A stretch of DNA of 64,000 nt, taken from Bacillota bacterium (lineage in GTDB: Bacteria > Bacillota_I > Bacilli_A > RF39 > UBA660). The stretch is from the NCBI GenBank assembly GCA_015059335.1, contig SVAP01000001.1, positions 130,413 through 194,412 of the forward strand. The letters are read 5' to 3'. Each line of letters starts with the position of its first letter. Position 1 is the first letter of the stretch. The notes below the pieces were generated by a model. It was not told where the DNA came from. It worked only from the letters and a program-made list of their open reading frames with translations, and made no database searches. The translations under genes and the position numbers were made by a program. Below are positions 9,132-17,523 of the stretch, one piece after another.

Positions 9132-10184
9132 TTGAGAAGATTTAATTTATTGGAAGAATATAATAGTATTATATCTAATAGTAATATTATTAACTTGATA
9201 AGTAAAATTCATGAGTATAAAGGAAAACAATCGTATTTATTAGATACTAAAAAAAATACATTAGAAACATTATTAAAAGTTGCTAAAATTCAAAGTACTT
9301 CTTCATCAAATAAAATTGAAGGTATTTATACTACTGATAAAAGAATTAATGAAATCGTAAATCAAAAATTAGAACCTAAAAACAGAAATGAAGAAGAAAT
9401 TGCTGGTTATAGAGATGTATTAACTTTAATACACGAAAATTATAACTTTATTGATATTAATCGAAATACAATATTACAATTACACAGAGATTTATATAAA
9501 TATACTGGTTATAATTATGGTGGTAAATTTAAGAATTCTCAAAACTTTATTGAAGAAGAAAATGAAAAAGGAGAAAAGAAAATAAGATTTACACCACTAT
9601 CTCCTGTTGAAACACCAATTGCAATAGAAGATTTATGTAAAAATTATAATGAATTAGTTAACAATGAATCATGTGATTTACTAGTCTTAATTCCTATATT
9701 TATATTGGATTTTGTATCTATACACCCATTTAATGATGGTAATGGTAGAATGAGTAGATTACTTACTTTACTATTATTATATAAAGCAAACTATATGGTA
9801 GGAAAATATATTAGTATTGAAAAAATTATAGAAGAAACAAAAGAAAGTTATTATGATACATTAGAAAAAAGCTCAACAAATTGGCATAATAACGAAAATG
9901 ACTATTCATATTTTGTAGAATATTATTTAGGAATAATATTAAATGCTTATAAGGAATTTGATTCTAGAATAAATATTGTTGAAAACAAAAAAACAACTGC
10001 TTACGATAGAATTATAGATATATTTAAAAATAATATTATTCCAATAGATAAAGCATTTATAATAAATAAATGTCCTGATTTAAGTGAAACCACAATTGAA
10101 AGAACTTTAAATAAATTGCTTAAAGAAGATAAAATTGTTAAAATATCTGGTGGGAGATATACAAAATATAAATGGAATAATTAA
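9132..10184 (+). CDS. Fic family protein (AMPylase-type) with C-terminal winged-helix region, TTG start
   Basis: Canonical Fic motif HPFNDGNGRMSR. Confidence 0.9.
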   Translation: MRRFNLLEEYNSIISNSNIINLISKIHEYKGKQSYLLDTKKNTLETLLKVAKIQSTSSSNKIEGIYTTDKRINEIVNQKLEPKNRNEEEIAGYRDVLTLIHENYNFIDINRNTILQLHRDLYKYTGYNYGGKFKNSQNFIEEENEKGEKKIRFTPLSPVETPIAIEDLCKNYNELVNNESCDLLVLIPIFILDFVSIHPFNDGNGRMSRLLTLLLLYKANYMVGKYISIEKIIEETKESYYDTLEKSSTNWHNNENDYSYFVEYYLGIILNAYKEFDSRINIVENKKTTAYDRIIDIFKNNIIPIDKAFIINKCPDLSETTIERTLNKLLKEDKIVKISGGRYTKYKWNN

Positions 10185-10217
10185 TTAAATAAATTATTTA
10201 GATTTTACAAATAGCTA

Positions 10218-10248
10218 AAAAGATATGTTTAATTGCATATCTTTTTTT
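10218..10248 (+). terminator. intrinsic terminator after fic
   Basis: AAAAGATATG / CATATCTTTT stem plus T-run. Confidence 0.6.
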
Positions 10249-10276
10249 GTTGTGAAAAAAAGAAGGAGGAATAAAT

Positions 10277-10501
10277 TTGAATATTGAAAGAATAAAAGAA
10301 AAATACCCTGTTGGTACAAGAATTAAATTAAAATATATGGATGATGATTATGCAGTACCTAGTGGAACTTGTGGTGCAGTTGATTTTGTAGATGATGAAG
10401 GACAAATTCATATGTTATGGGATAATGGTAGAACATTGGCTTTGATAGATGGATTAGATGATTTTGAAATTATTGATATAGAAAAAGGAATCAAAATATA
10501 A
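10277..10501 (+). CDS. DUF4314 domain protein
   Basis: KYPVGTRIKLKYMDDDYAVPSGTCGAVDFVDDEGQIHMLWDNGRTLAL matches the DUF4314 pattern common in Firmicute ICE accessory regions; TTG start after AAGGAGG. Confidence 0.7.
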   Translation: MNIERIKEKYPVGTRIKLKYMDDDYAVPSGTCGAVDFVDDEGQIHMLWDNGRTLALIDGLDDFEIIDIEKGIKI

Positions 10502-11115
10502 TGAAAATCTTTGGAACAATAAAAGATGTTGAAAAAATAGTTATATCTGACCCATCATATCAAAAGGATGTCAAATGTCGATTTGAACACAATTCAAAAG
10601 TAAAACAAAATTATGATATTGAAATTAATATAAAAGATTATGAGGAAAAATATGAAGAACTTGCAATATCAGGTTTAGATGTAGATATTTGTATAAAAAA
10701 TAATAAATATATTAATACCCCATCCCCTTTGCTAACAATTCATAATGATGGTGTTAAATATCTAAAAGAATTTGTAATAAAGGAAGACTTTGATATTGGA
10801 ATGGATACAGCTAGAATTAGTTATGGAATAAATGAAAAGGCAGATGAGATTTGTAAATATGCATATGATTCACATACAATTGAAGAATTATTAGATGATA
10901 GTAAACAAAAATTTTGTTTAAAAACAGGAACAGATGGATATTATGGTGATGTAATATTATTTAAGACAATTGAAGATATACCAATATTTTTAAAAGCAAA
11001 TGGATATATTTGTTCAGATATGGGATATACAAAAGAAGAGTTAAAAGATTACTTTATTAATCAGTTAAAAATTAAAAATATTGAGATTGATTACGAAAAG
11101 AATATAAATATATAG
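10501..11115 (+). CDS. hypothetical protein
   Basis: 204-aa ORF coupled to the upstream stop (ATAATG). Confidence 0.5.
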   Translation: MKIFGTIKDVEKIVISDPSYQKDVKCRFEHNSKVKQNYDIEINIKDYEEKYEELAISGLDVDICIKNNKYINTPSPLLTIHNDGVKYLKEFVIKEDFDIGMDTARISYGINEKADEICKYAYDSHTIEELLDDSKQKFCLKTGTDGYYGDVILFKTIEDIPIFLKANGYICSDMGYTKEELKDYFINQLKIKNIEIDYEKNINI

Positions 11116-11126
11116 GAGGAATTTAT

Positions 11127-11837
11127 ATAGTACAATTTGAAAAAATTGAAAGTTTAAAGGTAAGTGAAAAATTTTTTAATATGTTAGAGGATAAAATCAG
11201 TAGCAATAGTTCTTTAAATGGTTATTATGATACATTCAATAATTGCAGGGAATCAGGTTTTATATTAAAACTATATAACAGTAACTACAACTTGTATATA
11301 TGGGCTTGTCAATGCAGAAATTCAGATAACTTAATGATAATTATTGGCAATGAGGAAGATTCAGATTTAAACAATAACTTTACTGATGATGCTTATAAGA
11401 AAGCTAAATATTTTAAACATGATGAGTATAAAGAGGCAGTTGATTATGTATATAAACAAATTAAATATATGTATAAAAATGATATTGTTATACAAAAACA
11501 TATTAAGTATGATAGATATTATAGTATGGATGCTTTGAAAAGAATTTGTGACGATGCTAGTAATTTACATTATGAGAATTATAAGCGTATGGCAACTTTT
11601 TGTGATGAAGAAGAAGGATATTGTTGTGATTTAATTATTAAGGATGGAAAGTTTGGATTTTGCTACTCTAAAATTTCTAATGAGGATAAAGATGTATGGG
11701 ATTTAAATTTTGAAGAATATATCCCTGACTTATCAAGTGATGTAGCATTAATGCTAAATATGAAACAAAAATTAGCAAATTTTATAGACGAGCAAATTGA
11801 ATACGAAATAACAATGTCTGCAGGGATTAATATATGA
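11127..11837 (+). CDS. hypothetical protein, probable ATA start
   Basis: GGAGGA at 11115-11120 is followed by in-frame ATA at 11127. The track ATG 11181 has no SD. It shares a short domain with 14968..15369 (E.G..LKL...NL..W...IIG). Confidence 0.5.
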   Translation: MVQFEKIESLKVSEKFFNMLEDKISSNSSLNGYYDTFNNCRESGFILKLYNSNYNLYIWACQCRNSDNLMIIIGNEEDSDLNNNFTDDAYKKAKYFKHDEYKEAVDYVYKQIKYMYKNDIVIQKHIKYDRYYSMDALKRICDDASNLHYENYKRMATFCDEEEGYCCDLIIKDGKFGFCYSKISNEDKDVWDLNFEEYIPDLSSDVALMLNMKQKLANFIDEQIEYEITMSAGINI

Positions 11838-12550
11838 AAACATTAATTGATGCAATTAAAATTAGAGCTATTGAATATTTAAATACTACACCTGTTGCTC
11901 ATGATAAATATTTGTTTATTATGTATCATACTTTTGCTAATATTAACCCTGTACCAATGAAAGATGATAGTGGAGACTATATTTATTTAGATATTATAAA
12001 TAATGAAGATGATTTCAAACTTTTTGTTAATAAGATGTCTGATGTTATATTAAATGCTAAAGATGTTTCTAGTATTTTTTCGATGATAATTAAACCTTAT
12101 CGTTTCTATTTTTTAAAAATTATTGAGGATTGTCTATCAAAAGAAGATTTTAACTATTATTTAAAAAATATATGGATTAATACAGAGTTCCCTAATACAG
12201 ATAAAAATGTATCAGTTGATGAATCATTAAACCTGTTTAAAAATGCAGATAAAAATTTAATTATGACTAAATCCGAACTATTAAAATTAAATACTCTACC
12301 TGACGAAATAACTATCTATCGTGGTGTACATAAAAAAAATAATTCTAAAGCATTGTCTTGGACTGATGATTACGAACAAGCATTATGGTTTGCAAAGAGA
12401 TTTGATAATAATGGATATGTATTACAAGCTACTATAAAGAAAGACGATATTATTGCATATTTTGATGAAAGAAATGAAAAAGAAATAATTGTAGATTTTA
12501 ACAAAATATATAATTTAAAAACTGAAAAAGTTATTGATATAAAAATTTAG
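11834..12550 (+). CDS. hypothetical protein with a possible R-S-E (ADP-ribosyltransferase-like) C-terminal motif set
   Basis: The ORF overlaps the upstream stop (ATATGA). C-terminus: IYRG .. LSWT .. ERNEKEIIV. Confidence 0.5.
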   Translation: MKTLIDAIKIRAIEYLNTTPVAHDKYLFIMYHTFANINPVPMKDDSGDYIYLDIINNEDDFKLFVNKMSDVILNAKDVSSIFSMIIKPYRFYFLKIIEDCLSKEDFNYYLKNIWINTEFPNTDKNVSVDESLNLFKNADKNLIMTKSELLKLNTLPDEITIYRGVHKKNNSKALSWTDDYEQALWFAKRFDNNGYVLQATIKKDDIIAYFDERNEKEIIVDFNKIYNLKTEKVIDIKI

Positions 12551-12560
12551 GAGGAATTAA

Positions 12561-12788
12561 ATGAAAGAATACTTTGTTCATCATGAAGATTTAGAAATTA
12601 CAATTAAATATGATGATGATAACGATTTAATAAAAAAATTAGATAATATTATATGCGATTTAATTAGTTATGGATATGGTTCTTATGACATAGGAACTGA
12701 TGGTATGCTTGAAGCTATACGAAATGATGACATATATGATGAAGATTTTATAGTTAAAAACAGTACATATAAAGATATAGATATTTAG
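12561..12788 (+). CDS. hypothetical acidic small protein
   Basis: 75-aa ORF behind TAGGAGGAATTAAATG. Confidence 0.5.
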   Translation: MKEYFVHHEDLEITIKYDDDNDLIKKLDNIICDLISYGYGSYDIGTDGMLEAIRNDDIYDEDFIVKNSTYKDIDI

Positions 12789-12798
12789 GAGGAATATT

Positions 12799-13353
12799 AT
12801 AGAAAAGTTTACAAATGATGAAATAAGAAAATTTGTTTCTGAAACATATTTTATGGACAGAACAGATCGTATGACCATTGATTTATTAAATCATTATGCT
12901 TTTGTTTTGCACGAGAATGTTGCAGACCTTACTGATGAAGAAATAGAAGTTGCAAAAAAATATGCTGAAAGTTATTTGGAAAAAAATAGTTTTTGGAAAA
13001 GTTATGACAATGATTTTAAGATGTTTGTTAATAAACAAAAATTTAATGCTATAACAAATAAAGATTATGATTCAATAGAAAAATTAATATATCAAGTAGT
13101 TAGAGACATCAATGATGTGGTTGACATTGATGATTGGGAGTTTGATATTTATTATAGTGTTGATTATGAAAACAAAATGCTTTTATCAAGATTAAATAAA
13201 AATGACTATTGTGAAAAAATAGATTTAGTTTATGATATTGTTGATAGGTCTTTTAGTCCTTTTGAAACATCAATAACAGATGACATGGATAAATTAGGTA
13301 GTATAAATTATAATTCATATTCTTTTTATGAATTATATAATATTAGAATTTAG
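12799..13353 (+). CDS. hypothetical acidic protein, probable ATA start
   Basis: GGAGG at 12788-12792, then in-frame ATT/ATA at 12796/12799. The track ATG 12853 lacks an SD. Confidence 0.5.
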   Translation: MEKFTNDEIRKFVSETYFMDRTDRMTIDLLNHYAFVLHENVADLTDEEIEVAKKYAESYLEKNSFWKSYDNDFKMFVNKQKFNAITNKDYDSIEKLIYQVVRDINDVVDIDDWEFDIYYSVDYENKMLLSRLNKNDYCEKIDLVYDIVDRSFSPFETSITDDMDKLGSINYNSYSFYELYNIRI

Positions 13354-13365
13354 GAGGGATAATTT

Positions 13366-14406
13366 ATAATAGAAGAAAAATTAAAAAAAATTAATGAACT
13401 TGGTTTTGAATTTCGTAAAACCAAAGATGAAAAAGAAAAAGATAATATAGAAAATGAATTAAAAAAAATTTTATTTGATTTAAAAAAAGAAGCAGTTCTA
13501 AAATTCAAAGATGAATCTGATATCAAAAAGTTTTTAGATAATATAATTAATTTTAATAATTATTCGTTTAATAACCAATTATTAATATGGGTTCAAAAAC
13601 CTGATGCAGATTATGTTGCTTCATTTAAAACCATTAAAGATATGGGTTATATGTTAAATAAGGACAGTAAGGGAATAAAAATTTTTATTCCTAATTTTTA
13701 TAATATAGTAAAAATTAAGTTAGACAATGAGAAGTATGAGTTCAAACCATACTTCTCATTAACTGATGAAGAAAGAAAAAAATATAAAGATGCAAAAGAT
13801 GATACTATTACTTTCCATAAACAAAAATTAGCGGGATTTAGTTTAGGTAATGTATTTGATATTAAGGATACTACTATTCCTATGGATACCATTGATGCTG
13901 AACTTAATCCTATTATCAACGATAAACGAGCTGAAGATATTATGGATTGTTTTATTAAAACAATTTATAATGATGGTTTTAATATTGAATTTAAAGAACT
14001 TGAGGGAGGAATTAAAGGTTATTGTGACCACTCTAATCATACTATTGTTGTTAGAAAAGGTTTAGGTAGTTTAATGCAAATGAAAGTTTTGATTCATGAA
14101 TATGCTCATGCACTAGCTCATAAACATTTAGAAAATAATAATCGTGATTATCAAGAACATCGTAATCAATATGAAACTGAGGCAGAATCTATTGCCTATG
14201 TAGTTTCTAAATATTTAAATATGAACCCTAGTGATTATTCACTTTCATATCTGTATGCTTGGAGTAAAGAAAAAGATTTTAAAGAAATTGATGATTCATT
14301 AAATACAATTGTTAATTATAGTAAAAAAATTATAAATAATTTTGAAAAGTTCTATGATAGAGAGTATGGTCTGTATTCAGAGAAAAATAGTTTAAATTGT
14401 ATGTGA
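13366..14406 (+). CDS. ArdC-like antirestriction protein (N-terminal ssDNA-binding domain plus HExxH zincin domain), probable ATA start
   Basis: The frame opens after TAA 13360. YSFNNQLLIWVQ..FKTIKDMGYMLNKDSKGIKIF matches the ArdC N-domain and lies upstream of the track ATG 13642. HEYAHALAH metalloprotease motif downstream. Confidence 0.7.
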   Translation: MIEEKLKKINELGFEFRKTKDEKEKDNIENELKKILFDLKKEAVLKFKDESDIKKFLDNIINFNNYSFNNQLLIWVQKPDADYVASFKTIKDMGYMLNKDSKGIKIFIPNFYNIVKIKLDNEKYEFKPYFSLTDEERKKYKDAKDDTITFHKQKLAGFSLGNVFDIKDTTIPMDTIDAELNPIINDKRAEDIMDCFIKTIYNDGFNIEFKELEGGIKGYCDHSNHTIVVRKGLGSLMQMKVLIHEYAHALAHKHLENNNRDYQEHRNQYETEAESIAYVVSKYLNMNPSDYSLSYLYAWSKEKDFKEIDDSLNTIVNYSKKIINNFEKFYDREYGLYSEKNSLNCM

Positions 14407-14441
14407 TGCTATCATTTTTTATTTAGGAGGGATAATTTATA

Positions 14442-14957
14442 ATAGAAAAAAATATAAAAGTAGAAATGGATAACATTGAAGATTTATGGCAGTTTGTTTT
14501 GGAACATTCTTATCAAAAATGGGAAAATTCATTTGGATATTCTGATTTTTTAAAAGAGTTATCAGAATATGAAAAAACTGCAGTTCAATTTGGTAAATTT
14601 AATTATCAAATTGAAAATAATGGTTTATATGGTTGGCACATTAATGGGTATAGTTGTGATTATGATGATTTATTAAATTTTATAGAAAAATCTGATTTTG
14701 TAAAAAAGGAACAATTTGAAAATATACTTGGAACATTTAATTATGTTATAGAAGAAATAGAAAAATTAAATCCAAATAATGATTTTTATGAAAGTGATTG
14801 CAATACTAGGTATCAATATTTAGATGGTATACAACATGAGTATTTATCGTTGCAAAACGAATGGTTTGAATATTTTCAAGAATATTTATTAAGCAATATA
14901 CCAGACGAATATGTTAAAAAAATAAATAATTATAACTTATCAAAAATAAATATATAG
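14442..14957 (+). CDS. hypothetical acidic protein, probable ATA start
   Basis: Same 27-nt linker as at 13348; the frame opens after TAA 14433. The IENNGLYGWHING segment is faintly DMP19/DUF4375-like. Confidence 0.5.
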   Translation: MEKNIKVEMDNIEDLWQFVLEHSYQKWENSFGYSDFLKELSEYEKTAVQFGKFNYQIENNGLYGWHINGYSCDYDDLLNFIEKSDFVKKEQFENILGTFNYVIEEIEKLNPNNDFYESDCNTRYQYLDGIQHEYLSLQNEWFEYFQEYLLSNIPDEYVKKINNYNLSKINI

Positions 14958-14967
14958 GAGGAATTAA

Positions 14968-15369
14968 ATGATTGTATGGAATGAAAAAGTTAAGAAAAGT
15001 CAGGATATTATAGAGGCTGTAATTAATCAATTATATAAAGAAACCATTAATACTGATGGTGTTGTTGAAATTTTTAACAACGGAAAAGAACAAGGGTGTG
15101 TATTAAAACTATTTGATAAATTTAATCCTAATTTAGATTTATGTATGTGGGTATATATGCCATCTGAAAGAAAAATTAATAATCATATTGAAGTTGTCAT
15201 TGGTAAACATATTAATTGTAATAAATTGAATATGTGGGATGGTGATGATTTAGAATCATTCTCTTTTGAAGATGTTAAAGCTAGAGAAATGCATAATAAA
15301 ACGAGAGATTTTATGTTAGAAAAAATAAAAGACAATTTTGAAAGAATTTATAATATAAGGTCAATTTAG
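14968..15369 (+). CDS. hypothetical protein
   Basis: 133-aa ORF behind TAGGAGGAATTAAATG. Confidence 0.5.
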   Translation: MIVWNEKVKKSQDIIEAVINQLYKETINTDGVVEIFNNGKEQGCVLKLFDKFNPNLDLCMWVYMPSERKINNHIEVVIGKHINCNKLNMWDGDDLESFSFEDVKAREMHNKTRDFMLEKIKDNFERIYNIRSI

Positions 15370-15386
15370 TTTAGGAGGGGTGATGC

Positions 15387-15707
15387 ATAGAAAATAAAAA
15401 AATATCATTAAGTGATTTATTTTTTGAAATAGGAAAATTAGTTAAAGCCTATGAGGATAATTCTAGTATTGTTAAAGAAGAAAAAGATGAAGAAAAATTA
15501 TATAGTATAAATCAAGTAATTCAATTATATCCTTTACTATCTAAACATTTAATTACTAATGCTATTAATGGTGGCGAGTTAAAAGTTACTTGGATTGGTA
15601 ATAAGAGATATTTTAAGTTAAATGATATTGATGATTATTTAAAACAAAAACAAGAGAAAGTTGTTAACAGTATTCCTGAAACAATTCAAAGTTGGAGGAA
15701 TAAATAA
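15387..15707 (+). CDS. excisionase-family HTH DNA-binding protein (Xis-like), ATA start
   Basis: 106-codon open frame after TGA 15381 with GGAGG 8 nt upstream. YSINQVIQLYPLLSKHLITNAINGGELKVTWIGNKRYFKLNDIDDYL fits excisionase-type HTH. There is no in-frame ATG/GTG/TTG, so it is absent from the ORF track. Confidence 0.6.
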   Translation: MENKKISLSDLFFEIGKLVKAYEDNSSIVKEEKDEEKLYSINQVIQLYPLLSKHLITNAINGGELKVTWIGNKRYFKLNDIDDYLKQKQEKVVNSIPETIQSWRNK

Positions 15708-17290
15708 TAGCAAATAAATTATCAAGAAAAATAATAAAAAGATTTTCAATATCTTATAGTGAGGCACAACGACTTGGTATAACAGATGAGGATTTAAAAT
15801 ATATATCTGAACCTAAAGAAAATACATTTCGTATTTCTATACCTATTATTGATAATAAAAGAGAAACAAAAGTTGTTCATGATTTATTGGAGGCAATTAA
15901 ATTAAAATATGAATTGGTTAAAGATATTGAAACAAAAAGAGAACAAGCACTTGAGAAACAAGAAACCATAAAAGATGCAAAAGGAAAAATAACTAAATAT
16001 GATTTAGTTAGTGATGGTATAGAATTATATTTAAAAGAAAGAAAACTTGATTTTGAAAGAGGTTTTATTCAAATTACTACTTATGAACAAGATGTAAAAG
16101 ATTATACTGATAGTAAGTATTTATTAGATTATGGTATCTTTAAACAAACCATAATTGATGTTGATGAGGACTATGCACAGGAATTTGTTGATTATCTATG
16201 GGATAAAACAGTTATTAAAGGACAAAATAAAGGAAAAAGGATTTCAGAAAATACAATTTATAAACCTTATTCCTTTATTCATAAGGTGTTTAATTATTTC
16301 TGTAAAGATTTAAAAATAATAAAATATAATCCTTTTGATACTGTTAAAAGAAAACCCCATGCAATATCAGTTGATAAAGAATATTTTACTGAAGAAGAAA
16401 TGCATTACATTAAAGAAAAAATAGAGTTTGAAAATATCAGATTTAGAACATTAATAACTCTTATTATGGATACAGGTATGAGACGAGAGGAAGCACTTGC
16501 TATTAAATTTAGTGATATTAACAAATTCAGGGAGACAGTTAGTATCGAAAGAGCTTTTGTAAAATCAAAATTAGATAATAGATATATTATTAAACCTGTA
16601 AAAAGAAAGAAAAGTGAAAGGGAAATTATTTTAACAGCGTATGCATTAGAATTAATAAACAAATATAGACAATTTAAAGTTGCTTGTGGTTTTGTAGTTA
16701 ATGATGACGATTTTGTATTTACTGCTTGGGATAGTATAGAAATAATAAATCCTGATAGACATTCTAAAGAATTTAAAGATTTCATAAAAAAAATAGGTAT
16801 CACAAAAAATGTACCTTTAAAAAATTTAAGACATACTCATGCTACTTTCTTTGTTGCTCGTGGACATAATTTGAAAGCAGTACAAAATAGAGTTGGACAT
16901 GAAAATGTAGAAACCACTCTTGGTATATATGCACAAAGTAATCTAAACGAGGATAAAAAACTTGTAAGATCATATGAAGAAGAATTTTATAATAAGCTAG
17001 GATTATCTATGTCTGAATTATATAAGATTGTTAGTAATAGATTTAGCGACACAAAAAAATTAACAAGTATTTTAGAAAAAGTAAGTAATGAATATGTCGA
17101 TAGTTCTAACTTTGATATTTTGTTGGAAAGATGCCAAGAATATTTTAAAGAATTATTTCCTATTTTTGATAAAATAGTACAAATTGATTCCTTATTAGAC
17201 GATGATGAAATTGATGCTATATTTGAGGGATTTATGCCTTTGTATCGTAAAATTAAAATAGAAGGATTAGAACCAAAAATCCGAATTTAA
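15704..17290 (+). CDS. tyrosine recombinase / ICE integrase, probable ATA start
   Basis: RHTHATF..GH..VETTLGIYAQ catalytic region. The frame is open from 15704 (after TAA) with GGAGG at 15694. The track TTG 15887 lacks an SD and would remove about 60 N-terminal residues. Confidence 0.8.
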   Translation: MIANKLSRKIIKRFSISYSEAQRLGITDEDLKYISEPKENTFRISIPIIDNKRETKVVHDLLEAIKLKYELVKDIETKREQALEKQETIKDAKGKITKYDLVSDGIELYLKERKLDFERGFIQITTYEQDVKDYTDSKYLLDYGIFKQTIIDVDEDYAQEFVDYLWDKTVIKGQNKGKRISENTIYKPYSFIHKVFNYFCKDLKIIKYNPFDTVKRKPHAISVDKEYFTEEEMHYIKEKIEFENIRFRTLITLIMDTGMRREEALAIKFSDINKFRETVSIERAFVKSKLDNRYIIKPVKRKKSEREIILTAYALELINKYRQFKVACGFVVNDDDFVFTAWDSIEIINPDRHSKEFKDFIKKIGITKNVPLKNLRHTHATFFVARGHNLKAVQNRVGHENVETTLGIYAQSNLNEDKKLVRSYEEEFYNKLGLSMSELYKIVSNRFSDTKKLTSILEKVSNEYVDSSNFDILLERCQEYFKELFPIFDKIVQIDSLLDDDEIDAIFEGFMPLYRKIKIEGLEPKIRI

Positions 17291-17384
17291 TACACGAAAA
17301 AAATCAACCCCCTATTGACGGTTTTTGCATTTTCGTACACACCAAAAATTTTTATCCCAAAAAATGTACGAAAAATGTACGAAA
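17291..17384 (+). repeat. candidate arm-type integrase binding sites (GTACGAAA family)
   Basis: Tandem ATGTACGAAA at 17364-17373 and 17375-17384, inverted TTTCGTACAC at 17331-17340, and variant TACACGAAAA at 17291-17300. Confidence 0.45.
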
Positions 17385-17453
17385 TGCTTTAATTAATGTT
17401 GATTTTTTTCAATTATTTTTAATTTTCGGCTAATTAAAAATGACTGAAAGAAA

Positions 17454-17482
17454 TTGACAAAACCCTTATTTTATCGTATAAT
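17454..17482 (+). promoter_or_regulatory. consensus sigma-A type promoter TTGACA-17-TATAAT reading outward across the ICE end
   Basis: Exact hexamers at 17454-17459 and 17477-17482 with 17-nt spacing. Confidence 0.5.
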
Positions 17483-17523
17483 ATTAATGAATTTGATAGC
17501 TTTTAGTGAACAGGGGACCTCGA

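Noticed and set aside
13642-14406. ORF-track start (ATG 13642) for the ArdC-like gene
   Set aside because: It would remove the recognisable N-terminal ssDNA-binding domain, which is encoded in the same open frame from 13363 behind a strong SD.
16405-16803. 132-aa minus-strand ORF inside the integrase gene
   Set aside because: It is antisense to a gene with clear tyrosine-recombinase motifs; the translation is low-complexity with no SD.
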